Part shown: positions 34,550 to 47,127 of the stretch, one piece after another | Position numbering within the stretch: position 1 is the stretch's first letter | How the letters are laid out: each line of letters opens with the position of its first letter | Assembly: GCF_001194135.2 (NCBI RefSeq) | Contig: NC_068984.1 | Coordinates: 92,760,336-92,824,335, forward strand | Length of the DNA: 64,000 bases | Reading direction: 5' to 3' | Origin: Octopus bimaculoides | Lineage: Eukaryota | Notes under the pieces: model-generated | Database searches by the model: none | What the model was told of the DNA's origin: nothing | What the model saw: only the letters and a program-made list of their open reading frames with translations | Made by a program: the position numbers and the translations under genes

Positions 34550-37500
34550 TCTACAAGCTCAGATCTGCCACAGTCAACATTGGCACAATGAAAGGGAGGT
34601 CTGGAGAGATTTGAAATGCTTGAGCGGTGACATGAAGATGTATACTCTGTGCAAGAGATACAATGGAGGGAAGCCTCAGCTTGACAGCTTACAGACAGAT
34701 ATAGATACAAGTCTTTTTCTGGGCAGGCAGCAGTGATGGTCTAGGGAGCATGAATATTTTACTAGCAGAGAAATAGGTATATAAGGCGATTGAGGTAGTC
34801 AGAGTATGTCATAGGATTATTAAGCTAAGAATAGCCTTATTCATTGTAATAGTGTCAGTTATCTCTGCTTATGCTCTGCACACTGAACTTGTAGGTACTC
34901 AGAAGGACCACTTCTACAAGTCCTTTCTGAGGAGTACCTCGATGGTGAAACACAACAGTGTTCTCATTGTGGCAGGAGACTTCAATGGACATGCTGGAAG
35001 ACACCCCGATAGATTTCAGGGTGTAAATGGAGGCTATGGCTTTGGGTCTAGAAATGAGTAAACAAGGTTGCTAGAGTTTTGTGATGCTCATGGCTTATTA
35101 GTCTACAACACAAACTTCAGGAAGCTGCCAACCATTTGATCACTTACCAATCTGGTGGTCGCACTTTCCAGATTGACTACGTTCTCACCAGACACAGGGA
35201 CAGGTGTATACTTGCAAATGCAAAATCTTTCCCAATTGAAGAATGTACAACTCAACATACACTAGTAGTTAACGACTTCAGGTTTAGGGCCAGAAGGATT
35301 CAGACACAAGCCAGTATAGAAAAGGAGGTTGAGGAAGCTCAAGGATCCTTTAAATGGGCAGAGATTTAGAGATGTTCTTAATGAAGCCTTTGATGAAATG
35401 GAAGAAGTGATTGAGACATATGATGTAGTGGACAACTGGAAATTCCTACAAGACAATCTAATGAGAGTGACAGACCAAATCTGTTGTTAGAGCAAAGCCT
35501 CTGCCAGACCAAGGGTGACATGGTGATGGAACAGTGATGTTGACAGGGCCATAAAAGAGAAGAGACAGGTCTGGAAAGGATGGAAAAGTAGGGGTAGTAA
35601 CGAATCATATCTGAAAGCTAAAAGGGAAGCTAAATTTCAGGTTTATCCAGCTTGTGCAGAAAACAGAAAGGAAGAGGTTTGCCAGTGTCCTACAGCATGA
35701 GGATTAGAGACTTGGGGTGTTCTGGATTGCTAAATAGTATGTTAGAGAGAATCAAGGTGTTGTGGAAGAGAAGTGTGTATGGATGGATGATGGTATTCTT
35801 GCACTTAGTGATTTAGATAAGAAAGTGCTGTAGAGTTACTATGCAAGGCTATTGAATGTGGAGAATGAATGGGATAAAGGGAGTCTTCCTCGTAAACCCA
35901 ACAGAAGACCAGCTATCCTAGTAGACAGCAGTATGGTAGATGAGGCAATTAAAGATATGAAAACAGGGAAAGCCCTTGGTCCATCTGGAATAACTGGTGT
36001 GATGCCCAAAATATCTGGTAGGGCAGGATATAGACTTGTTACCCACATAGTTAATTAGGTTATTCAGGAAGACATAATATCCAGCATTATAGTTAGCTGC
36101 TACAAGTATAAAAGAGATGTATTAGATAGAAGCAATTATAGAGGCATCAAACTTCTGGACCAGGTGATGAAAATTATGGAGAGAGTTATAGTTTCAGAAT
36201 CCTGAGCAGAAGCACTGCTGATGCTCTTTCATAGTCAGGCAACTGCAAGAGAAGTATTTAGCTAAGAATAAACCATTATACTTGGCATTTGTTGATCTAG
36301 AGAATGCCTTCAATAGTGATCTAGAGAATGCCTCCAACCATTGTGTAATATGGTTGTTTCTGAGGGAGATGAGTGGTTTGTGAAAGCTGTACAGGCCATG
36401 TACAGGGACACTGTTAGTGTACCAAAAATACAGCAAAGAATTTGGTGTACAGGTTCATCAAGGCTCAGTCCTCAGTCCCCTCCTTTTCATCATTGTGCTC
36501 CAGGCCATAAGAGAGTAATTTAAAACCAGTAGCCCCTGGGAGCTACTATATGCTGATGAACTTGCCCTCATAGCTGATTCTACAGAGTGATCAACCGAAG
36601 TGTAGACATCTATTTTACTTAAATTTAATTATCATTTCTTTTCTTATTTCAAAAATTTAATACTCTTAACATTTAAGGTGGTATTAAAGCTAATTCATAC
36701 TTGAAATTTAATATACTTGAAGCTAGTATGAGTGGAATTTAAGCTAGTATGAGTAGAATAAAGCTAGTATGAGTGGAATAAAGCAATTGAAGGGCTATTC
36801 AAGAAAGGAAAAACTCCTTGTGAGATTTTCAAGATTTTAAAACCCACTGTTAGCAGATCAGGAGTCTATAAAGTAATCAAGTGAATAAAAGGGACTGGTT
36901 CTTGCTTACCAAGAGTGAGAACTACTCTGCCTCAGCCAGTGAGAACTCAAAAGCTCATCAAAAACACCAAAGAAAAGATCAGACATAACTAAAAAAGAAG
37001 CATCAGAAAACTCGCTTCAGAAGCTGGTACAAGCTAAGGAATTATGCATAATTTGTTGAAAAATGATCTTTAATTATTCCTATAAAAGATATCAAAGCAC
37101 ATCATTTGTCTGAAGCCACAAAGAAAAAAAGACTGCAAAGAGCAAAGCTTCTGTAAAAGCTGAGAGATGGCATGCTGCCACCAATACTATACACAGATGA
37201 AAAGTTACTCAGTGTACAAGCATGCCACAATCCACATGGTCATATATATGCAGTAAATTAAGAGGACATTCCTGTCAAACAAAGATTATCCTTTTGGTGG
37301 CAGAAACCTGCATCATAATGGTGTGACCTCAAATGGCATAAAAACTCTTTTAATCTTCATTGAAGAGAGTGTAAAAGTCAACCAACATGTTTATTTGGAC
37401 ATGTTAAAGGATAAAGTAGACCCTTGGGTTATTGCAACAATGGGGGACAAAGGTGTAACTATCCAACAAGATGGTGCAACATTTCATACAACTGAAAGTG

Positions 37501-39012
37501 TTGAAGAATGGTGTTGAGAGGATTTCACAGCATTCTGGTCGAAAGAGTTCTGGCCCCACCTCTTCACCCGACCTGAATCTGGTGGACTTTGGCATATGGT
37601 CTATCCTTGAGCGCAAAGCCTATGCACCATTTGTGAAAATGCTGGGACCAAATCTCCAAAGATATTGTTCATACCACTTGCTCTCAAGTTGTTCCCAGTA
37701 TCCAGCAGGTAGTTTCCAGATGGTATATTGAAAATTAAATATACCATCTTAATCTGCATTTTCTGAGCTTTATTTGAGCATATTTAAATTCAATATATCA
37801 TTTTATATCGAGATGTTATTTGTATAAATATATGTCTACATTTTGTCTGATCACCCTGTATATCAGAGTTAGAAAAGAAATTCCAGACATAGATGCAAAA
37901 CCTGAAATCTAAAGACTTTAAAGTTAACTTAACAATGACTAAGCAAGAAAACAGACTGGACCCTACCTACTTTAGGTAAGTGGCCCTGCTCAATTTGTAG
38001 GAAACATGTAGGCAGGAATTCCATACAGTGTGCCCGGTGCAAGTTATGGACACACAAGGTGCAATGCACAGAAGCCATAAAAACTACAAATATGTGAGAA
38101 ATTGAGTTTCTCAAATGCCCCCATGGCTCTTTAGAGGTAATGGATAATTTATGTTACCTAGGGTACCAAATTAGTTGTGGGAGTAGATGTGCAGAAAGTG
38201 TAATAGCTAGAATAAGAGTAGGACGGAGAAAATTCACAGAGCTTTTGCCCTTGTTGTCAACCAAAGGTCTCCTTCTCCTTGTGAAAGGAATATTATATAA
38301 TGCATATATACAAACAGCAAATCTACATGGTAGTAAGACATGGGCCCTGAATGCAGGGGACATGTGAAGGCTAGAGAGGAATGAGGCTAGTATGCTCTGC
38401 TGGATGTGCAATGTCAGTGTACAAGTGCGACAGAGGGCTAAAGTGTTGGGAGAAAAGTTAGGCATAAGAGGAATTAGATGTAGTGTGCAAGAGAGAAGAC
38501 TGCACTGGTTTGGTCATGTGATGCACATAGATAAGGACAGTTGCATAAAGAGGTGCTGACCACTCAAAATGGGTGGAGCTCATGGAAAAGAGAGACCCAG
38601 AAAGACATGGGATGAAGTTCTGAAGGATGACATGAGAACACCGAACCTTTTGGAGGAGATGACAAAAGACCAAGACATGCTGTACTCAAGACAACCTGTC
38701 GCCGCAGCAGAAGTGTTAAGACTACTCCCAATGATGAAGAGGATTGGCCTGCAAGAGCCCTGTATCAATACCTCATAAAAACATGTGTGCCAGCACCATG
38801 TAGGAGCACTCATGCTAGTGCCATGTTAAAAGCGCCCAGCACACACTGTATAGTGGTTGGCGTTAAGAAGAGCATCCAACCATAGAAACCAAGCCAAATC
38901 AGACTGGAACCTGGTGTAGCTCTCCAGCTTGCCGTCTCTGGTCAAACCATCCAACTCATCCAACTCATGCCAGCATGGAAAACAAACGTTAAAGGATGAT
39001 GGTGATGATGAT
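34550..39012 (+). mobile_element. older RTE LINE split by a maT insertion
   Basis: Endonuclease 34560-35300, RT to LYADELALIAD(S) at 36580, resumes SELEKKF at 37861, 3' UTR and (GAT)n at 38995-39012. Confidence 0.88.
36583..37858 (+). mobile_element. maT (DD37D) transposon, full length, dead
   Basis: TA-flanked TIRs cag(a/g)gtgatca...tgtagacat; YTDEK, QQDGA and DLNLVD with 37 residues between the last two Asp (one frameshift). Confidence 0.9.
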
Positions 39013-39599
39013 ATTTTTCTTGTGATTACTTATTTCACTCTTCAACTGTTCATATCATTTTACATTTATTTTCCATATTAACAAGAAATAGATTTATTTT
39101 TTCAATTAAAACATTTGCATAAATATTTGCTGAAAGTAATGAAAGACTTAAGAAATAATTTCTAGTAAGGTAAGGAGGTGGCATATAGAAAATAACATGT
39201 TTCTTTAACAGTACAATACTTTAGGCAGTGTTTTTAATCAATGTAAGGACTAATATGAATTGTCAAAGTTGATCGTTTACAAATTCTGAATTTAATATAT
39301 AAATTATAATATTTTGCCTTTCATTTTATAGATCAACAAAATAAGATCTGGTATTACACTCAAAATAAAGAAGGCATGCTAAGAAGTGAATTGGGTATTT
39401 AGAATCAGAGGAAACTTGTGTAGGACTCTTAGTGATCTGAATAAATGTAGTTACAGAGAAGAAAGTAAAATGTCCTGCTTTCAAGTTTATGTTCTTTATG
39501 AAGAAAAGGAAGAGAGAGCTCTGTGTTTTGTTGTTGAAATGTATCTGGACATAGTGATAGTGTTAATGAAGGCTGAAAGTAGATCAGTCAATTGAACAT

Positions 39600-39995
39600 G
39601 TGGACAGTAGAAGTTGCTGTGCTGTTCAGTTGAAATGTTGGAAATGTGCAACAGGTATAGTTGGTAACAGTAGAGGTAGTACATCATTCTGTGTGAGTGT
39701 GTACACATCACTGTGAGTAAGTTGTGTGAGCAGGAGAGCCTAGTTGTGCAAATGTGTGTGTGTGTGGAGGTGGGGAGGTATCTGTTTGTTAGTGGAAATA
39801 GTTCAGAAGATATTTTGTCAGTTGCTGGTGCTTTGGAGAATGGATGTGTACAAAGCTGTCTAGTAGATGGGCGTCTGTGATGTTGGAGTAGTTTGAAGAC
39901 AGAGAGATAGGGTGGGAATGGCCTGGAGAGTTGAAATGGTGAGCCACATGATTGGATATTGAGTAGGTGTTCCAGCACAACATTCTTGCTCACTA
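39600..39995 (-). mobile_element. PLE GIY-YIG C-terminal remnant (Neptune-like)
   Basis: HVAHHFNSPGHS motif typical of PLE endonuclease ends. Confidence 0.55.
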
Positions 39996-40429
39996 ACCAA
40001 CTGGGGTAGCAAGGTCTTTGTATGTTGAGATGGTTGCTAAAAATGTAAACTCAGTAACCTGCAAGTGGCAAAGTCAGCCTTGGCATAAAGCAGTAGTTCT
40101 CAATGTTTTAATCATAGTTTTAACTCTGAAGGGAATGTAAAAAAATTAGCAACATATTTGTTATATCAGTAAGCCATGGATATAAGGGCCATAACACAAT
40201 GCTTACTGCAAACAAAAACAGAAGAATATTTGCTCAAGAATGTATCAATCATTAATTTGAATAATTTTTTTTTTTGTTGTTCAAAATAACTTTTAATTCA
40301 AATATAAAATAAAAAGGTACTAGGATTATTGATTTTCCAGAATGAGTCACAATGCTAAAGGTTTGGAACTGTTGGCATAAAAAGATATTTTTATTTGACA
40401 TACCAGTTTTGTTCCTTTCTTTATATAAT

Positions 40430-40640
40430 CATAATTTCTCTCTCTCTCTCTCTTACTCACACACACACACACACACGCACATGCATTGGCTTCTGTATAC
40501 TTTCCATCTACCAAATTTCATTCAGAAGGTTTTGGTAGACCTGAAATTATGCTAAAAGAAACTTGCCCAAAATGCTACACTGTGGAGTTGAATTTGAAAT
40601 GACGTGTTTGAGAAGTTAACTTTTTAACCACATAGCTGTA
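40430..40640 (-). mobile_element. degenerate SINE head and body
   Basis: acttgcccaaaatgctacactgtggagttgaattt...ccacatagctgtacct. Confidence 0.65.
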
Positions 40641-41308
40641 CCTGCGGGTAAATTTTATTATTTAAGTGATCTAATTCATGCACATAACAAAGATGGAAAA
40701 ATTTGCAAGAGTTTGTGTTTTGTTGATTAAAGTTCAAAGGCAAATGAAGAAGTATGAGGTATGATTTGACCACTTGTTTCAGTAATGTATCCAACCTAGA
40801 TGAAATACTTCATACTTGAATTTACTTCTGCTAAGTGTATGGATTTAATTTTACATTACATTGAAAATCATTCTAAAACTGTATTATATATCGGATGTCA
40901 AATTTAATTGTTCACATCCTTATCAGTGTCCAGCATAAGTAAACTTTTCTACATATGAAAATAAAATAAATTTTAATATTTTAATAAATCAAGCTAAATG
41001 ACACTTAACAAGGTGAAATTATATTTTCAATGTCTGGTTATCATGTTCTCTTTCTGAATTTTAACATTAGAATAACTTTACAACAAGAATAAATGAATAT
41101 TTTTTTAGATGGAATTAACTTATTTGCTTTATTGTATTATACGTAATTATTTTATGTAATGTTTATGAAATGGAAATTTCTATGTGTTTACAAACTACTG
41201 CAGATATTTTGCATTTCACATCATCACCAGTATTTTTTCCTTTCCATTTTTTCATTTATTTTGGCATGTTACAGATTAATCTTAAACAAATCTTTTTATC
41301 ATAACCAG

Positions 41309-41387
41309 AATAAACTTGGTGATACACCACTTCACTCAGCTGCATGGAAAAGACATATTACAGCTGTGGAAATGTTATTGGACAAAG
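41309..41387 (+). CDS. OSTF1: OSTF1 coding exon (ankyrin 3, 79 nt)
   Basis: aaccag|AAT AAA...GAC AAA G|gtttgt; NKLGDTPLHSAAWKRHITAVEMLLDK. Confidence 0.95.
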
Positions 41388-41439
41388 GTTTGTTGATGTC
41401 TTCTTTAATAATATTTTTGCAGAACATTATAAATAAATG

Positions 41440-41910
41440 GCAGGAACTCCATATGGTGTACCCAGTGCAAGCTATGGTTACATAAGAGGTGCAGTGGTAT
41501 TACAGAAAGGTTAACAGAAAGTAGTCTTTGTGTGTGGAAGATGTGCAGATACAGTAAACATTGAAGGACGTGCAGAGACTATACTTCCTCAAATGTATGG
41601 TGGGGGTGTGTCCTTAGAAGTATGGATAACTTCTGTTGCCTAGGCAACCAAGTTAGTAGTGGAGGAGGAAGTTCTGAAAGTGTAGTTGCTAGAATAAAAA
41701 TGGGCTGAGCAAAGTTCAGAGAGCTACTGCCTTTGTTAGTTACAAAGGTCCACTCCCTCAGAGTAAAAGGCAGAGTGTATGATGCCTGTGTACATATGCT
41801 GCAAGGCAATGAGATATTGGCTATGACTACGGAAGACATGCTAAGGCTTGAAAGAAGTGAAGCCAACATTTTCCACTGGATGGGTAATTTCAGTGTGCAT
41901 ACATGACAGA
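41440..41910 (+). mobile_element. RTE LINE fragment starting about 50 nt after the ankyrin 3 exon
   Basis: WLHKRCSGITERLTE.VVFVCGRCA, ARIKMGWAKFRELLPLLVTKVHSLRVKGR. Confidence 0.8.
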
Positions 41911-42442
41911 GCATTATGTGTGTAAGAAATAAGGAGAGCACTGAATTGAGCCATGCACCATTATTTGGCTGCAAGGTGGAATGGTGGAAAGCAAGGCGGT
42001 GCTGGTCAAGTGATGTCACTAACCGTTTTGAAGGTGGACTTTCATTTGATGTCATCCCAGCTGTGTTGGACATCCATATTTTGGGGGATGGTAAGCCCAT
42101 TAGCGCCAATCGACAAGGGCTGATTCCAGTACATGGGGCACATTAGGTTCAGCTAACCCATGAAGTATCTCAATGAGGAGGGTGCAGCTGGAGGAGACTA
42201 AGGAGAGATAGGCCAGCAGAGCTAGGTTCACTGTAGAACAAAAACCAAGGCCACTGAATTTAGTGCATAATTTAACCTGTTGCCAGCTAGTTATAGTATA
42301 TAAGATGGTTCTGAAACTTATCTTCCTCTCTTTTATATTTTGGTTCAACTTTACTTACAAATGAAAGTGCCAATAAAGAATTATCCAAAATTATAACTGC
42401 ATCTTTTTTCTTAATATATATATATATGTATATATACATATA

Positions 42443-42599
42443 CAGGAGTGGCTGTGTGGTTAGTAGCTTGCTTACCAATCACATGGTTCCTGGTTCAGTC
42501 CCACTGCATGGCACCTTCGGCAAGTGTCTTCTACTAAAACCTCGGGCTGATCAAAGTCTTGTGAGTGGATTTGGTAGATGGAAACTGAAAGAAGCCCGT

Positions 42600-42600
<1 letters not shown>
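42443..42600 (+). mobile_element. tRNA-derived SINE 5' half, running into (TA)n and a gap
   Basis: ggagtggctgtgtggttag...ggttcagtcccactgc...gaaagaagcccgtt. Confidence 0.85.
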
Positions 42601-42638
<38 letters not shown>

Positions 42639-42981
42639 NNNNNNNNNNNNNNNNNNNNNNNNNNNNNNNNNNNNNNNNNNNNNNNNNNNNNNNNNNNNNN
42701 NNNNNNNNNNNNNNNNNNNNNNNNNNNNNNNNNNNNNNNNNNNNNNNNNNNNNNNNNNNNNNNNNNNNNNNNNNNNNNNNNNNNNNNNNNNNNNNNNNNN
42801 NNNNNNNNNNNNNNNNNNNNNNNNNNNNNNNNNNNNNNNNNNNNNNNNNNNNNNNNNNNNNNNNNNNNNNNNNNNNNNNNNNNNNNNNNNNNNNNNNNNN
42901 NNNNNNNNNNNNNNNNNNNNNNNNNNNNNNNNNNNNNNNNNNNNNNNNNNNNNNNNNNNNNNNNNNNNNNNNNNNNNNNNN

Positions 42982-43024
<43 letters not shown>

Positions 43025-43047
<23 letters not shown>

Positions 43048-43800
43048 TTAGGGAATATAAATCCAAAACTTACAGAAAAAAATTCAATTTAGCAGTTCTA
43101 AATCAAATTTCACAATATATAATATATATATAATTTAGAGAAAAACCTCTATTAATTAATTCAATAAAGAAAAAACTATATTCATACCATCTAGAAAAAT
43201 AAATATACTATAAAAACCTTATTCTAAAAATCAGTAAAGTACATAAAACAATAAATAGTAAATGGTATCAAATAGAGTACGCGCGTTTCATGGCTATATT
43301 TTCAAATAGATAACAATGATAAAATTATTCCGATCCAAAATCAAATCGATCTAAAATTAATTCTATTTAAAAATATAGTCAGTCTTCAGGTCTAAAATAA
43401 TAAAAATAATAATAAAATCAATGTACGTATCTTAACTTATAATAAATATCAAATAAATATATTAAAAAAATACTTGTTTTTTTATATATTTATAAATAAA
43501 TAATCGAAAAAGATTTAACAACATTACTTAAGATAAAACCATAACTTATCGTATCGAAGAATTTCTGTTAAACTAAAATTTTAAACGTAAACCGTAGAAC
43601 TATGGCGTAAATAAAAACTTATAGAATAAATAGATAGAAATATGTATTTAAGCTGTTAAAATGACAAAATGTATTTTAGCTGTGAAAATTAAAAAAAATT
43701 AACTGTAGTATAGCATTTACTGGAAAATTTTAAAGTCTAAATAATTTAAAACTCAAATATGTAAAATACATAATACATAAATTACATAAATTAAGCTAAA
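43025..43800 (-). mobile_element. PLE 3' end (family C), same family as 55790-57262
   Basis: Reverse complement of 43565-43800 aligns with 57010-57262; contains a hammerhead; ends in (TAA)n(TA)n. Confidence 0.7.
43273..43394 (-). ncRNA. hammerhead ribozyme with very long stem II, GUA site, decayed
   Basis: TAGAC-CTGAAGA-C-TGACTATATTTTTAAATAG/CTATTTGAAAATATAGCCA-T-GAAA-C-GCGC-G-TA-CTCTA; mismatches at 1.1-2.1 and 10.1-11.1. Confidence 0.6.
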
Positions 43801-44635
43801 GCAGAGAGAGAGAGAGAAAGGGGGACAGGCAGTAAATACATCACGAGGAGAATATTCTTTGGGATTTCGGTAACAAAATTGAATGAGACAGCAAATGCCT
43901 AAATCGTGAGACAGAAGTGAAAAATATTTTTGGGATTTCAGGAAACAGTAAGTTTAAAGGGAGAGCCACTTCTGCACTTTTGTACTATGGTAGACAAATT
44001 TAGACAGATTTAGAGAGAATGAGTTAAAGGAACAATAAACTTGAATAAAATAAAGAAAAATAAATAAGTAAAGCGTGGCGATTAAAAGGAATGCATGAAT
44101 TTAAGACAAACAGGCAAACGAATCAAACGGGCAATGTTTACATGGTAAAGAAATAGATAGATAATAAAGAATGGACGGTGGTGGGGCGGGATTATGATCA
44201 ATGCTGAAATAAGAGTATATGAAAGGTTGGAAGTTCTTAGCTGTTCATCTTCTGGATTTTGTATTCTGTCAGCAGAAGAAATTCTAAGTCGATTTGGAGA
44301 AAGTGGGATATTGAACTGGTTTATATAGAGTTAGGNNNNNNNNNNNNNNNNNNNNNNNNNNNNNNNNNNNNNNNNNNNNNNNNNNNNNNNNNNNNNNNNN
44401 NNNNNNNNNNNNNNNNNNNNNNNNNNNNNNNNNNNNNNNNNNNNNNNNNNNNNNNNNNNNNNNNNNNNNNNNNNNNNNNNNNNNNNNNNNNNNNNNNNNN
44501 NNNNNNNNNNNNNNNNNNNNNNNNNNNNNNNNNNNNNNNNNNNNNNNNNNNNNNNNNNNNNNNNNNNNNNNNNNNNNNNNNNNNNNNNNNNNNNNNNNNN
44601 NNNNNNNNNNNNNNNNNNNNNNNNNNNNNNNNNNN

Positions 44636-46520
44636 ATATACATCATCATTATCATCATCATTTAACGTCCGTTTCCATGCTAGCATGGGTTGGATGTTTC
44701 GACTGGGATCTGGGAAGCCAGGAAGCTGCACCAGTTTTATCTGGCAGTGTTTCTACAGCTGGATGCCCTTCCTAATGCCAACCATTCTGAGAGTGTAGTG
44801 GGTGCTTTTTTATGTGCCACTGACACAGGGGCCAGAGGGACCTGGCATCAACCACGATTGGATGGTGCTTTTTTTGTGCCACTGGCACGGAAGCCAGTTA
44901 AGGCGGCGCTGGCATCTACCATGTTTGGGTGGTGCTTTTTACATGCCACCAGCATGGGGATCACAACTACAATTTCCATTTGAATGTGATTTGATTTGAT
45001 TTTGATGTACTTGACTCAATAGGTCTCCTCAAGCACGGCATGTCACCCTACGATCCAAGGAACTTTTAAGTGGGCTGGTTATGCAACGCTGGTATGGGTT
45101 ACAGCTGTGAGCTCACTTTATTTGCTGGGTCTTCTCAGTCACAGCATATTTCCAGAGGTCTCAGTCTTTCATCATTGCTTCTGTGAAGCCCAACGTTTGA
45201 AGGTAATGCTTCACCACCTCATCCCATGTCTTCCTCGGTCTCCCTCTACCCCGGATTCCTTCCACTGTTTGAGAGTAGCACTTCTTCACACAGCTCTCCT
45301 CATCCATCCATAGTACACGATCATACCAGCGCATACATCTCTCTTGCACACCACATCTGATGCTTCTTATGTCCAACATTTCTCTCAGGGCACTTATACT
45401 CTGTTGTGTGTGCAGACTGACATTACACATCCAGCAGATCATACTAACTTCATTTCTTTTGAGCCTACACATGTCTTCAGCAGTCATGGTTTATCTTTTA
45501 CTGCTGTGAAGCATAGCAGTTCACACACATGCATCATACAATCTACCTTTCACTAGGCCCTTTATCACCAGGAGGGGTAGAAGCTTTCTGAACTTTGCCC
45601 AGGCTATTCTTATTCTAGTGGTAACACTCTCACTACAGACTTGGTCACCTAGGTAACGGAAGCTATCAACTACTTCTAGTTTCTCCCCCTGGCATGTGAT
45701 GGAATCTGTTTTCTGTGCATCTGTGGTACTTATTACCCCTGCGCATCTGCCACACACGAAAGCTATCTTCCTGGTTAATCTTCCTTTGATGTTGCTGCAC
45801 CTCTTATGTATCCATGGCTTCCACTGGGTACATCTTATGGAGTTTCTACCTACACATTTTCTACAGATCAAGCAGGGCTACCTACCTGAAGGGGTGTGTG
45901 ATGTGTTCACATTCCTACTAACTAGAAATTTGGTCTTTGCGACATTGACACTAAAGCCCTTTGATTCTAAACCTTGCTTTCACACCTGAAATATCTTCTC
46001 TAGTTCTGGTAGTGATTCTGCTATGAGGGCCAGGTCATCAGCATAGAGGAGCTCCCAGGGGCAACCTGTCTTGAATTCCTCTGTTATTGTCTGGAGGACT
46101 ATGATGAATAAGAGGAGGCTGAGGGCTTATCTTTGGTGGACCCCTACTTCTACCCGGATTTCTTTACTATACTCATTGCCAAACCTAACCTTACTAACGG
46201 CATCTCTGTATAGGGCCTGTACAGCCCTTATTAACCATTCTTCAATCCTCAGTTTCTGCAGCACCCACCATATAACTGATTGGGGGACCCTGTCAAAGGC
46301 TTTCTCTAAGTCCACGAAAGCCAAGTATAGGGGTTTATCTTTGGCTAGGTATTTCTCCTGCAGCTGCCATACCAGGAATATAGCATCAATGGTGCTTCTA
46401 TCTGGTACAAAACCGAACTGCATCTTGTCTAAGCAGACTCTTTCCCTAATTAGTTGGTATCTGACCCTCTCCATGACCTTCATTACCTGATCCAGCAGTT
46501 TCATACCCCTATCTTCGCAA
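44636..46520 (-). mobile_element. 5'-truncated RTE LINE
   Basis: MKLLDQVMK, QFGFVPDRST, FVDLEKAFDRV, PHD segment with His retained, (GAT)n tail. Confidence 0.92.
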
Positions 46521-46571
46521 ATTATTTTCTCGTGAATTATTTGCTCCACCGTGATATATATACATATATAT

Positions 46572-47020
46572 CATCATCATCATCATCGTTTAATGTCCGC
46601 TTTCCATGCTAGCATGGGTTGGACGATTTGACTGAGGACTGGTGAACCAAATGGCTGCATCAGGCTCCAATCTGATCTAGCAGAGTTTACACAGCTGAAT
46701 GCCCTTCCTAACGCCAACCACTCCGAGAGTGTAGTGGGTGCTTTTACGTGCCATTGGCATGAGGGCCAGTCAGGCGGTACTGGCAACGGCCATACTCAAG
46801 TGGTGATTTTTATTTGCCACCTGCACAGGAACCAGTCCAGTAGCACTGGCAACGACCCCGCTCAAATGTTTTTTCATGTGCCACTGGCACAAGTGCCTGT
46901 AAGGCGACGCTGGTAATGAACACATTCGAGTGGTGCTTTTTACGTGCTACCAGCATGGAAGCCTGTCAGCGATCACGCTTGGATGGTGCTCTTAGCACTC
47001 CATTGGCATGGGTGCCAAAG
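46572..47020 (-). mobile_element. RTE 3' UTR-only copy
   Basis: (ATC)n tail at 46572 and a 3' UTR with about 5 gtgcca-tggcac modules. Confidence 0.85.
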
Positions 47021-47127
47021 CATAAAGTCAGGAGATATGAGAGGTGAATATAGATTTATTTTTTTGCATATGACTTAACTTTCATCATGTAGTATTACTA
47101 ATTTCAGTTTGCAAAAGTATATGTATA

